From a bacterium (GTDB lineage Bacteria > UBA8248), in assembly GCA_965213685.1 (NCBI GenBank), contig CBDBZY010000044.1, forward strand, positions 172,346-236,345: a stretch of DNA of 64,000 nucleotides. The letters are read 5' to 3'. Both the position numbers and the translations under genes were made by a program. How positions within the stretch are numbered: the stretch's first letter is position 1; the number at the start of each line of letters is the position of its first letter. Below are positions 29,469 to 39,860 of this stretch, one piece after another. Below the pieces are notes generated by a model, which did not search any database, was not told the DNA's origin, and was given only the letters and a program-made list of their open reading frames with translations.

Positions 29469-30573
29469 CCGAACCCCCCGGAGCGGAGGTTTCCCGCACG
29501 CACCCCGCAGCTGCGCCTAGGCAGAGGCGGCCGAGCGGGGTCGGTTAGCCCCCCCCCCCCCCCCCCCCCCCCGCGCGTCGCGCCGGTGTGGACGTGTCGT
29601 GCCCATTCGCGGTTGGCCATATACCATTCCACCAGACGCGCGAGGCCGTCGGCGAGCCGCACCTGAGGCTCCCAGTCCAGGAGCCTCTTCGCCTTGTCGA
29701 TGTTCGCCCAGCTGGCCTTCGCGTCGGCGGGGTTCATCTCCTCATGGCGCACATCGGCCCTCTTCTCTGTCAGGGCCTCGATGTGCCGGAGGGCGTCGTT
29801 CAGGGCGACGGACCTGTCCGATCCCAGATTGATGATTTCGTATGACAACGGCCTGAGCGCCGCGACGGTGCCCCGGGCGACGTCGTCCACATAGGTGAAG
29901 TCGCGCTGCTGGGAATCCGTCTCCATAGACGAGAACGGGTTTCCCCTCGTGTATCCACTGCGTGAAGCGGAACAGGCTCATGTCGGGCCGGCCGGCCGGG
30001 CCGTAGACGGTGAAATAGCGCAACACCGTCGCGTCGATTCCATACAGATGGTGATAGGTGTAGCAGAGTCCCTCGGCCGCCTTTTTCGAGGCCGCATAGG
30101 GCGATAGCGGCCTGTCGGTCGGGGCGTCCTCGCGAAACGGCATGAGCCCCCTCCGCCCCGTAGGCACTCGAGGTGGAGGAGAACACGAATTTCATGACGC
30201 CAAAATCCTTGCAGAGTTCCAGCAGGTGAAGCGTGCCGGTGGTGTTGGCGTCGAAATACGCCCAGGGGTCCGCGATAGACTCCCGGATGCCCGCGCGGGC
30301 GGCCAGGTGCAGCACGGCGGCGAAGGGCGGTGCGTCGCCCGATGCGTTTTCCGCGAACAGCCGCCGCAAGGCGTCGAGCCGGGTGACGTCCGCCTTGTGA
30401 AAAACGAAGCCCGGCCGTGTTTTCAGGCGGGCGAGCCGGTAGTCCTTGAGCCGGACGTCATAGGCGTCGTTCATGTTGTCTAGGCCGACGACGGCGTGGC
30501 CCTCATCGAGCAGAAGCGCGCATACCCTGGACGCGATGAAGCCCGCCGCGCCGGTGACGAGATACTTGGCCAC
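29465..30573 (-). pseudogene. NAD-dependent nucleotide-sugar epimerase (UDP-glucuronate 4-epimerase-like), two frameshifts
   Basis: VTGAAGFIA, HLAARAG, SSTSSAYG / PLSPYAASKK, LRYFTVYGP.GRPDM / QRDFTYVDD lie across three frames. The breaks may be sequencing error. Confidence 0.8.
29549..29572. repeat. 24-nt C homopolymer (poly-G on the coding strand)
   Basis: Read directly. Confidence 0.9.
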
Positions 30574-30830
30574 TCCTGGTTCCTCCTCCCCCGCGCCATG
30601 TCGCGTTTGTGTGAAAGTCGGCGGGATGCTATCAGCAATGGACGGGTTCGCAAAGCGTCCGAAGGGGCGATGAGCCGTCCGCCTTCGGATGAGAAGGCGA
30701 CCCCATGCGGCGGCGGCTTGCATGTGGTTAAAATCTGTTCCATTATCTATATAGTAATATAACGAGTTTGTTGTTGCAATCGACGTTTCGCTCTCAGAGT
30801 GCGCATGTTCGCCAGGCGGGTGGGGGATGC

Positions 30831-30844
30831 GGGGGGGGGGGGGG
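30831..30844. repeat. 14-nt G homopolymer in a divergent intergenic region
   Basis: Read directly, about 37 nt upstream of ATG 30882. Confidence 0.9.
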
Positions 30845-30881
30845 CGTTCTTTTTTCTTTTCGTCCGGGTTGGGAATCTTCC

Positions 30882-31611
30882 ATGGCGAATGTGTTGGTGA
30901 CGGGAGGGGCCGGGTTCATCGGCGGCCACTTGGTCGAGGCCTGCCTCGAGGCGGGCGATTGCGTGACGGTGGTGGATAACATGGCGTCCGGCACAACGGA
31001 AAACCTCATCGAAGGCGCTGTTTTCCACGAGGGAGACGTTGCGGATTCGGGGTTCATGAGCCGCCTGGTGCGAAAGGTGCGCCCGGAGGTCATCTACCAT
31101 CTGGCTGCCCAGGTGGGCGTGACGCGCAGCACAGCGAAACCCCTCGAGGACGCGCGCGTCAACCTCATGGGCACGCTCAGCGTCCTGGAGGCGGCCAGGA
31201 GTCTCGAGGCACCGCCGAGGGTCGTCTATGCCGCCACGGGGGGAGCTTGCTACGGGAACCCCGGGGAGGCGAATCGTGGATGAGGGTTGCCCGCTCGCCC
31301 CCGCCTCCCATTACGGCATGAGCAAGGTGCTGGGCGAGCAGTCTCTCTTGTTCTATGGCGGACTTTTCGGGTTGCCCGTCGTCTCCCTGCGTCTCGCCAA
31401 CGTCTACGGGCCGCGGCAGCACCCCCGACCTCGAGGCGGGCGTCGTCACGATTTTCGCGAGAAACCTGATGGGGGGCGAGGCGGTCACCCTCTATGGGCA
31501 CGGGCGCGCGCGTTTCAGGAGAAAACCGGCTGGCGGCCCAAGTATGGGCTGGAGGAGGGAATCGCCGCTTTCGTGAAGTCCCTGCAGGCCTATCCGGGCA
31601 GGCGCCCATAG
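30882..31611 (+). pseudogene. NAD-dependent epimerase (UDP-glucose 4-epimerase-like), frameshifted and internally deleted
   Basis: VTGGAGFIG, HLAAQ, YGMSK, LRLANVYGPRQ. After VTLYGHG the usual RDFV..D segment is absent and the sequence jumps to the C-terminal GWRPKYGLEEGI. Confidence 0.75.
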
Positions 31612-32016
31612 ACGCGCCGGGGGTCGACCAGCACGGCGACGCCCCCTTGCGCCGCCATCGCCTGGTCGTATTCGGCCCAGTCCGGATGCTCCGAATCCCC
31701 GCACGCGCGATATACCTCGCGGAACATCCGCCGCATCCGCTCCTTCTCGGTGTTCTCGTAGTCGAACAGCCTCGCCGCGCCCTCCACGCTCACCCAGGTG
31801 CGCCAGTCGGGGGTGACGCACAGCACCGTGCACCGCGGGTTCGCCCTGAGATTCCGGAGCTTCACCGACCAGCCGCGCACGATGACGAACGCGGCACAAC
31901 CCGCATGCGCTCCGCATACGATGACGCTCGAATGCGCCGAGCCGTCCGCCCGGAGCGTCGTGACGATTCCCTTGTGGTTTTTTTTCCATGAACGGCCTTG
32001 CGTCTTCAAAGCGCAT
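31590..32016 (-). CDS. Pyridoxamine 5'-phosphate oxidase-like (PPOX/F420-type) protein, +1 frameshift at an A8 run
   Basis: TTLRADGSAH.S, K.RNLRANPR.TV, VSVEG.A, EHPDW.EY..AM. Removing one base at 31978-31985 joins MRFEDARPFMEK to NHKGIV. Confidence 0.75.
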
Positions 32017-32116
32017 TGGGGAGGCACCTCGCTATGGATGAGAAAATAAAACCTTTCATGCTTCCGGGCATTGTAGCAGAATTTCCGGGGGGAACGCGCT
32101 TGAGGGAGGGTCGCGT

Positions 32117-32644
32117 ATGAGCCGTCTCGCGCCGCTTGTGCCGGAAGCCATGCCGCGGGAGCAAAGGGATGCGTATGAGGAACTCCTCGCCCACCAGCGC
32201 GGCGGCGTGCGCGGGCCGTTTGGCGTCTGGGTGCGGAGCCCGGGTCTCGTCACGGCGCTTCGCGGCCTGATGCGGTTTTATCTCGAGCGGAGCGTGCTCA
32301 CCGAGGATGTCCGCGAACTCGTCATCCTCATCACCACGCGCCACTGGGGGGCGCGATACGCCTACGCCGCGCACGAGGCCCAGGCTCTGGCCAGCGGACT
32401 GACGCCCGCGCTCGTGGCCGCCGTGATGGCGCAGGAGGCGCCCGCCTCCGGCACCGCACTCGAGCTTTGCGTTCACGCCTATTGCGCGGAGCTGCTCCGC
32501 ACCAAGGGGGTGTCGGACGCCACCTACCGGCAGGCGTTCGCCCTGCTCGGGGAGAAGGGCGTGGTGGACCTCACCGCCCTCGTCGGCTTTTACTCGACCG
32601 TCTCCGTGACGCTCAACGCCTTCGAGATACCCCCCGTGACGTAG
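32117..32644 (+). CDS. Carboxymuconolactone decarboxylase family protein
   Basis: RGPFGVW.RSP, RELVIL, AHE..A..SGL, LGEKGVVDL..LVGFY. Confidence 0.85.
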   Translation: MSRLAPLVPEAMPREQRDAYEELLAHQRGGVRGPFGVWVRSPGLVTALRGLMRFYLERSVLTEDVRELVILITTRHWGARYAYAAHEAQALASGLTPALVAAVMAQEAPASGTALELCVHAYCAELLRTKGVSDATYRQAFALLGEKGVVDLTALVGFYSTVSVTLNAFEIPPVT

Positions 32645-32715
32645 AGGGGGAGCAGCGTATTTGCCGGATACCTACTTGGCTATTCCGCCATTGTGCGCAT
32701 CTTTGTTCTTTTCTT

Positions 32716-33465
32716 GCGGGCGTGGCTTATGGAAAATTTGACCACTACCGACTGATTGACACCATGAGGATATTGCCAAAGGAAGAAAAAGGTTCCCGGG
32801 AGCCGGTTTTGGGTGTGGAGGAAGGCGGGTTGGAATCCGCGGAGGCGCTGTTGCTCGCGCGATATTTTATGTTTTCACAAGTCTATTATCATCCCGTCCG
32901 CCTGATGTATGATCGGCACTTGTACGATTTTTTAACATCCTGGCTGAAAAAGGAACGGAAAGAGGAAGTATTCCCGACGACCTATGAAGGGCATTTGAAG
33001 TATACGGACAATGAAGTCATGTCCTCCATATTATCTGTCGCCAAAGACGAATCCCATCCTGCCCATGCGCACGCCGCCCGCATCGTTCATAGACGCCATT
33101 TCAAAAACATTTATCGGCCCACTGCCGGGGACAAAAAACTTTCTTTGGAATCAGGTAAATCTTTGAAGCCAGGCAAAAAAATGTATGAAGCGGCATCCAA
33201 GGAATTCGGCAAGGAAAAAGTGAAACATGTTCAGATACCGCAAAAGCGCGGCAAAAATAATTTTCCGGTTCTTGTACAAGGGAATTTTCCGGTTCTCATA
33301 CAAGGGAAGAGGATCGCGCAGGCGGTGAATGAGAAAGAAACATTCTCCAACATTCCGTCAGCGTCTTGTGATCATGTGTTTGCTGCACCCGAAATCAGGG
33401 ACAAAGCCGGTGATTGGCTGGAGGCAAACAGAGAGAGAATCCTTTCATCTGCCGGGGAGAACTAG
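32716..33465 (+). pseudogene. C-terminal fragment of a SAMHD1/YwfO-like HD phosphohydrolase
   Basis: AGVAYGKFDHYRLI, GGLESAEALLLARYFMFSQVYYHPVR, YTDNEV. No upstream HD or DRMDYL motifs before the preceding gene. Confidence 0.75.
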
Positions 33466-33469
33466 GCGC

Positions 33470-34009
33470 ATGGAGCGATTGGAGAGGGCCGCTGTTATCG
33501 TGTCTTTGGCCGCCAAACTTAGAGATGGCGGTAGCTGGTGTGGGGAAACGCATCTTCAGAAGGGGACGTATTTTTTGCAGCATTGGCTGGAAGTGCCATT
33601 GGGGTTTGATTTTATCCTTTACAAGCACGGTCCTTTCTCCTTTGATTTGGGCGATGAGCTATCCTGGATGCGGGCGAACGACCTCTTGAAACTGGCACCG
33701 CAACGGCCGCCGTACGGACCGAAGCTGATACCCGGTGAAAATGCGCAGCTTTTGAAGAGAGCATGCCCGAAACCGATCGGGGAACACGCGGCCAAAGTTC
33801 AAGAGATCGCGGAGAAATTCGCTCCGATGGACGTGAGAAAATTGGAGAGATACGCTACGGCATACTATGTTTCTCGGGAGCATGGAGAAGAGGATGACAT
33901 CGCGATCGCATCTAAAATTGTTGCGCTCAAACCGCATATCAGCCAGGGCGAGGCACAGGAGGCTGTGGAGTTTGTCGGTCGGTTAAGAAGCGACTTGCCG
34001 AATGGGTGA
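33470..34009 (+). CDS. YwgA/SocA-Panacea-like small protein
   Basis: WCGETHLQKGTYFLQ...FDFILYKHGPFSFDL and LERYATAYY. Starts 4 nt after the HD fragment. Confidence 0.6.
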   Translation: MERLERAAVIVSLAAKLRDGGSWCGETHLQKGTYFLQHWLEVPLGFDFILYKHGPFSFDLGDELSWMRANDLLKLAPQRPPYGPKLIPGENAQLLKRACPKPIGEHAAKVQEIAEKFAPMDVRKLERYATAYYVSREHGEEDDIAIASKIVALKPHISQGEAQEAVEFVGRLRSDLPNG

Positions 34010-34041
34010 ATCATGTTCGCCCATGTTTTTGGGCGACGTTC

Positions 34042-35572
34042 TCACCCGGGGCATCTGCCGGCGTCCCGCGTCATGCTCAGGAGCCTCTCCTGGACGCTCT
34101 CGCTCCATGCGCCCTCCTGCATCCGCCAGAGCCAGTTGCCCCCCGTGACGCCGGGGCGGTTCATGCGCGCCCCGGTGCCCAGGCCGAGCACGTCCTGTGC
34201 GGAGATGATGGCGAGTGCGGCCCGGGATTTCAGCGCGGTCCAGATCATCGACCAGTGAATGTCCTCGGGCTCTCCCCCGAAGGTTCGCAGCGCCATGGCG
34301 CGCGAGGTGGCGAAATCCGCGGGCGATTCGGTGTGGAGAACCGGGTCCGTGCCGTGAAACCAGCCCTGGGCGGTGTCGTTGTCATGCGTGCCGGTGTAGA
34401 CCGCCGCGCGCTCGGGAATGTTGCGGGGAAGATGGGGGTTGTCCGGGCTGCCGTCGAAGGCGAACTGCAGGACGCGCATGCCGGGCAGGCCGAACCGATC
34501 CCGCAGGGCGTGGACGTCCTCGCCCACGGCGCCCAAATCCTCGGCGATGAGGGGGAGGGTGCCCAGCTCCGCCTCGAGGGCGCGGAAAAAGGCGTCTCCC
34601 GGCCCCGCGCGCCACGCGCCGTCCGCCGCCGATTCGGCATCCGCCGGAATCGCCCAGAAGCGCGCGAAGCCGATGAAGTGGTCGAGGCGCAGGGCGTCGA
34701 ATCGCGAGACGTGCGCGCGGAGGCGCATCTTCCACCAGGCGAAATCCTCCGCGCGGTGCGCCGCCCAGTCGTACAGGGGATTTCCCCAGCGCTGTCCCTC
34801 CCGGTTGAAGTAGTCCGGCGGCACGCCGGCGAAGGCGCTCGGCCGGCCGGATGCGTCGAGTTCAAACAGGCTCCTCCTCGCCCATACGTCCGCAGAATCG
34901 TGGGCGACGTAGATGGGGAGGTCCCCGATGAGGCCGACCCCGTTTTGCGCGGCGTAATCCCGGAGGGCGGCCCAGTGCTGGTGAAAGAGGAATTGCTCGA
35001 AGCGCGCGTAGCGGACGTTCTCCTGAAACGCCGGCGCATCGAGGTCCCCGCATCTCGCCTCCTCCGGCCACGCCCACCAGGGGGAGTCGCCAAACGCGCG
35101 CTTGAGCGCCTGGAACCTCGCATAGTCGGCCACCCAGTGCGCATTCGCCTCACAGAAGCGCTCGCACGCGGCGGCGGCCTCCGCCCCGCCCTCGTTCGAG
35201 AATCTCTCGAACGCCCGCCGGAGCAGGGATTCGTGCGCCTGTGCCGCCTGGGCGTGGTCGATTCCTCCGCCGGGCGGGGGTTGGGCGCCTCTGCGCTCCT
35301 TTTCGGAGAGGAGCCCCTCCTCGGCCAGCCGGTCGAGCGATATCAGCAGCGGGTTTCCCGCGAAGGTGGAGGAGGACACGTAGGGGGAACCCGTCTGGTC
35401 CGTGGGGCATACGGGCAACATCTGCCACCAGGTCTGACCGGACGCCCGGAGGTGGTCGATGAACTCGAACGCGGCGGGGCCCAAATCGCCGAAAACCGCT
35501 CTCGCCCGGCAGCGAGGTGGGGTGAAGCAGGATGCCGCTGCTTCTGGTATCAAGCGGATTCGCCTGGCGCAT
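34042..35572 (-). CDS. malQ: 4-alpha-glucanotransferase (amylomaltase), one N-terminal frameshift
   Basis: RSSGILLHPTSLPG / GDLG..WWQMLP, IGDLPIYV, GVPPDYF..GQRWGNPLY, RLDHFIG, IAEDLG, YTGTHDNDT, MNRPG...NW.WR. Confidence 0.9.
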
Positions 35573-35741
35573 TCCTGGGGGGATCACTCATCGTAGGGGT
35601 TGTGTGGGCGCCTGCGCTTCTTCTCGCATCGGCTGGGCCTCGCGTGCGCCGCCGACGGGTTCGGGGAACTATATGACACGGGGCGCGCCGTTTGTTCAAG
35701 CCCGGCGTCCCGACGGGTTCGGCATGGGCGCCGCGGGCGCG

Positions 35742-36962
35742 TCAGAGGAGCAGGCGGTCGTCCATGCGGGAGCGCGTCAGAACCTCATGGCCGTCCTCGG
35801 TGATGAGCACGGTCTCCTCGATCCGCACGCCGCCCCCGCCCGGAACGTCCGGCACCCAGATGAGCGGCTCTATGGCGAACACCATGCCCGGCTCCAGGTC
35901 CACCTCTTCGGAATCCGGGTCGGGCTCCCCGATGTAGGGGGGCTCGTTGGGCGACGTGCCCACCGCGTGGCCGATGCTCAGCGCGAACCAGTTTTTTCGC
36001 AGCCCGTATTTCTCTCCCGTCTCCCAGATGCGCTCCGCCACCTGCTTGTTCGTGAAGCCGGGCCGCGCGCGCTCCAGCCCCAGCTGCAGGGACTCGTGGA
36101 CGGCCGTGTAGATTTCCTTTTGCCGCCTCGAGGGTTTTCCGCAGATCATGGTGCGGGCCACGTCGCCGAAATATCCGTTCCACTGCGCGCCGATGTCGAT
36201 GAACACCAGGTCGCCGCTGCGGATGATCTTGTCGCTCGCGAAGCGGTAGGGCGGCGACATGTGCTCGCCGGAGGCCACGAACGGGGATACCAGATGCGCC
36301 ATCTCGCCCCCGTAGCGGTGAAGCACCTTCATCGCGTCTGCGGCCACGTCGCACTCCCGCTTCCCCGCCTGCACGCTGTCCATGGCCTCCTCGTTCACCG
36401 CGTCGGCGATCGCGCAGGCCTCGCGGATCATGTAGACCTCCTCGGGCATCTTGTGCCGCCGCACCCGGTGCATGAACGAATCGCCGTTGATGAACTCCAC
36501 GTCCTCCAGATATTTCCGGTAGGCGCTGAACTGGATGAACGTCATCAGGTCAAGCCCCACCTTCTTGCCGATGAGGCCCAGCTCCTCGAAGAGGGGCCGC
36601 AGCGTCTCGCGCGTCATCTTGTCCACGAGCGGCTGCTCCTCCATCTTCGCCAGGTGATGGAATTTCTCTATCCACGGCATGTCGCGCGACGCGCGGGGTA
36701 TCTCCCCGCCGTTCGTCATGACGTGCGCCCCGCCCCTTTGCGGGAGGATGACGGCGTTTCGCGTTCCCTCGCGGTGTGCCAGAAAGGAGGAGCGCATGCT
36801 CGCGAGGTAGCGCACGTTCTCCACCTTCCAGAGAAAGAGGGCGTCGATGCCCGCATCGGCCATCGCGCGCTGCGCTTTCTCCACGCGCTTTTGACGCAGC
36901 GCGCCCACGTCCACCCGATCCTCGTAATCGACGATAAACTGACCGCGCGCGAATCCTGGCAT
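35742..36962 (-). CDS. M24 family peptidase/hydrolase
   Basis: FIDIG...GYFGDVART, IGHAVG, AIEP, GVRIEET. Confidence 0.85.
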   Translation of the reverse strand: MPGFARGQFIVDYEDRVDVGALRQKRVEKAQRAMADAGIDALFLWKVENVRYLASMRSSFLAHREGTRNAVILPQRGGAHVMTNGGEIPRASRDMPWIEKFHHLAKMEEQPLVDKMTRETLRPLFEELGLIGKKVGLDLMTFIQFSAYRKYLEDVEFINGDSFMHRVRRHKMPEEVYMIREACAIADAVNEEAMDSVQAGKRECDVAADAMKVLHRYGGEMAHLVSPFVASGEHMSPPYRFASDKIIRSGDLVFIDIGAQWNGYFGDVARTMICGKPSRRQKEIYTAVHESLQLGLERARPGFTNKQVAERIWETGEKYGLRKNWFALSIGHAVGTSPNEPPYIGEPDPDSEEVDLEPGMVFAIEPLIWVPDVPGGGGVRIEETVLITEDGHEVLTRSRMDDRLLL

Positions 36963-37049
36963 AAGGCTGGTTTCCTCCATTCAGGGGGCGGACGGCCGAT
37001 GGGGACGCCCCCCGTCGGGACGGAGAGAGAAGGGGGGAGGACGGTCGCT

Positions 37050-37430
37050 TCAGGCCTCCTCCACCAGTTCGATCAGGACGTCGTCGGGCGCCTTGATGAA
37101 GGCGGTCCGGGAGCCCAGAACGCCCTCTCCCGGCTTTTTCGTGAAGACGACGCCCGCTTCCTCGAGCCGCTGGGCGAATTCGTCGAGCCGCTCCACCTGA
37201 ATCCCGAAATGGTGAAGCCCGCGCCCCACCTTGGCGAGCGCATCGTCCTCGTCGGCCCTGAGACCGCGAATGCGAATCTCTATCTCCCCGAGCATCACGC
37301 TGATGTAGGGCGCGCCCCGGTATGCGATCTCGGGCGTGAACAACTCCCCGCCGAAGTGGGTGACGTAGAATTCCGCCGCCGCCTGCGGGTCTTTCGCTAC
37401 GTGGTGGACGTGATGCGTCCGGGCAGCCAT
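37050..37430 (-). CDS. VOC/glyoxalase family protein
   Basis: HHVH..AKDP..AAEFY, GLHHFGI.V, FIKAPDDVLIELVE. Confidence 0.85.
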   Translation of the reverse strand: MAARTHHVHHVAKDPQAAAEFYVTHFGGELFTPEIAYRGAPYISVMLGEIEIRIRGLRADEDDALAKVGRGLHHFGIQVERLDEFAQRLEEAGVVFTKKPGEGVLGSRTAFIKAPDDVLIELVEEA

Positions 37431-37462
37431 GGTTTCTCCTCCCTGTTGATTCCTTGCGAGAC

Positions 37463-38740
37463 CTAGAGACCGTCCCCGACGGCGACGTAGGCACCGCCGG
37501 GCACCGGATTCTCCTCCGGCCTCCGCGCCCCCCACTGGCCGGTGATGGCGTACATCGCCCGCACCTTCTTCATGTTGTTGCCGCCGTCGCTGGAGAAGAG
37601 CATGTTGTGCGTGTCCCGAAACCATTTCTCCAGGAAGTTCTCGCGCTGGACGCCCACGCCCGCGTGTATCTCCATCGCCATCTTCGTGACGTCGCAGGAC
37701 ATCTCGTGCGCGAACGCGCTCGCCGAGAGCGTCATGGGCGGGTCAATCGGAATTTCGTGGCGCATGTCCTGGCGCCACGCCGCGTGGTGCACGTAGGCCC
37801 GCGCCGCCTGAATCTTGGTGTACATGTCGACGAGCTTGAGCCCGACGGATTGATGCTCCGAGATGGGGCGCCCGCTCTGCACCCGGTTCTGCGCGAATTC
37901 GAGCGACTTCTCATACGCGGCGCGCGCCACGCCGACCTGGCCCGCCGCGTTGATGAGGGCGTCGCCGCGCAGGTGGCGCCGGATGTAGGAGACGCCGCAG
38001 TTCTCCGGTCCGAGGCGGTATTTCGCGGGAACCACCGCGTTCTCGAAAATGATCTCCGCGTTCTGGTTCAGGCGGTAGCCCATCTTGTTGTGCACCTTGC
38101 CCATCCGGATTCCGGGCGCGTCCATGGGGATCATGAGGAGGGAGGCGCCCTGCTCGACGCCCACGTCGGGGTTCGTGCGAACGAACGTGAACATCAGCCG
38201 CGCCCAGCCCACGTTGGAGATGAAATGCTTCTTCCCGTTGACGATGTAGTTCTCGCCGTCGAGGACGGCGGTGGTCTGGTATCCGCCGTCCGCCCCGTTG
38301 TAGGGCAGCTGGTTCTCCGAACCCGAGGCGGGCTCCGTCGTCGCCGTGCCGATGAGGAAGGTGGGGTCCTTCACGTACTCGCGCATCCAGTAGTCCGCCA
38401 GCGCCGGATCCCCCAGCAGCTCGCTCGTGAGGATGTGGGATATCTTCGTGGAGGAAAGCATGAACCCCGTGGCGCCCCTGTCCCCCCAGGATATCTCCTC
38501 GCCGACGATGCAGTGCGTCAGCAGGTCGTTGACGCCGCCCCCGCCGTATTCCTTGGGGATGCTCATCGTCCGCAGGCCGCACCTGTCGAGCTTCTCGAGA
38601 AGGTGGGGCATGTAGGCGCACTGGAGCGGGTCTTCCTGGTGGTCGAGCTCCAGGCTGATGGGGCGAATCTCGTCGCGCGCGAATTCATGCGCGATCCTCT
38701 GGTATTCTTTCTGCTCATCCGTCATCCGATAGTCGTACAT
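37463..38740 (-). CDS. Acyl-CoA dehydrogenase
   Basis: ATTEPASGSE, VNGKKHFISN, RVQSGRPI.EHQ, IHAGVG...EKWFRD. Confidence 0.9.
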   Translation of the reverse strand: MYDYRMTDEQKEYQRIAHEFARDEIRPISLELDHQEDPLQCAYMPHLLEKLDRCGLRTMSIPKEYGGGGVNDLLTHCIVGEEISWGDRGATGFMLSSTKISHILTSELLGDPALADYWMREYVKDPTFLIGTATTEPASGSENQLPYNGADGGYQTTAVLDGENYIVNGKKHFISNVGWARLMFTFVRTNPDVGVEQGASLLMIPMDAPGIRMGKVHNKMGYRLNQNAEIIFENAVVPAKYRLGPENCGVSYIRRHLRGDALINAAGQVGVARAAYEKSLEFAQNRVQSGRPISEHQSVGLKLVDMYTKIQAARAYVHHAAWRQDMRHEIPIDPPMTLSASAFAHEMSCDVTKMAMEIHAGVGVQRENFLEKWFRDTHNMLFSSDGGNNMKKVRAMYAITGQWGARRPEENPVPGGAYVAVGDGL

Positions 38741-38797
38741 GAGGCTCCTTCCTCCAAGTGATGGGGCGGGCCCGGCCCGCCCTGACGCGGCGCGCGT

Positions 38798-39830
38798 CTA
38801 GTCGTCTTCTGCCAGCGCTTCGGCCACTTCCACGGGTTCGCCCCGCTCCGAGGAGCGCATGGCCGCCCACACGGCGCCCAGCACGTGCAGCCCTTCGGGG
38901 CCGCCGACCTCGGGCGGGCGCCGCTCCCGAACGGCTGCGGCGAAATCCTCGAACTCCTCCACGAGATAGTCCTGTCCCGGGTATTCCTCGTAGGGAATCT
39001 CCTCGCGCTCCGTTCCGTCTTTTCGCAGGATTTTGATTCCCTCCCACCTGTCGTGGTAGAGGTTCGCCTCGTCTCCGTATGCGTTCATGAAATAGGTGTA
39101 TCGTCCGTTCGGCGTGCGCGGGCTGATGAAGCTCGTCCCCAGGGTGGCGAGCAGACCGGACTCGAACTCGAACCAGACGACGCTCACGTCGGGAATCTCC
39201 GATTTCGTCTTCACCTTGCGGAACGCCGCCGACGCGCGCTTGATGGGTCCGTGCAGATACAGCAGGTTGTCCACCTGGTGAATGGCCACCTGGAGCAGCG
39301 GCCCGCCGGGGGAGCCTTCCGCATACCATTGCCAGTTCTCCGGCGTGTAGTGCAGGCCCCGGTCGTTCGAGTAGTTCGTCTCGGCCATCGCCAGGGTTCC
39401 GACGACTCCCTCGTCGAGCAGTTTCTTGAAGAGGCGGTGGCCCCGGAGCCTCCTCGAGCTCGCGCCCACCGCCAGGGTGACGCCGGCGTCCTCGCAGGCG
39501 CGAATCATTTTTTTTCGCATCCGGTATGGAGGCGGCGATCGGCTTGTCGACGAACACGTGCTTTCCCCGCTCGGCGGCGGCGACCGCGAGTTCCGCGTGG
39601 CGGTTGTTGGGGGCGGCGATGACCACGGCGTCCACGTCCGCGTGCCGGACGACCGCCTCGTAGCTCTCCTCCTGGCCGCAGGAGAACCTTTCGCTGAACG
39701 CCTGGCGCTTCCCGGGCGTTCTCGTGAAGCACGTGGCGATTCGCATCCCGGGCGTCTTGACGATGTGGGACGCCAGGGTGTTGCCCCAGCGTCCCAGCCC
39801 GACCACGGCCACTCTCAGTGGATCGCTCAT
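38798..39830 (-). CDS. Gfo/Idh/MocA family oxidoreductase, +1 frameshift at an A8 run
   Basis: VVGLGRWG, GKHVFVDKP, GGPLLQVAIHQVD. The break is at 39508-39515. Confidence 0.8.
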
Positions 39831-39860
39831 CTGGTTTTTCTCCTCCTCTCTAAGAGAAGC

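Noticed and set aside
32467-32715. ORF-track N-terminus for the HD protein starting at 32467
   Set aside because: It overlaps the carboxymuconolactone decarboxylase gene in another frame and contains no HD motifs.
31978-39515. Programmed frameshifting at the A8 runs in the PPOX-like and Gfo/Idh/MocA genes
   Set aside because: Each is a single extra base in a homopolymer of an ordinary enzyme, typical of long-read error.
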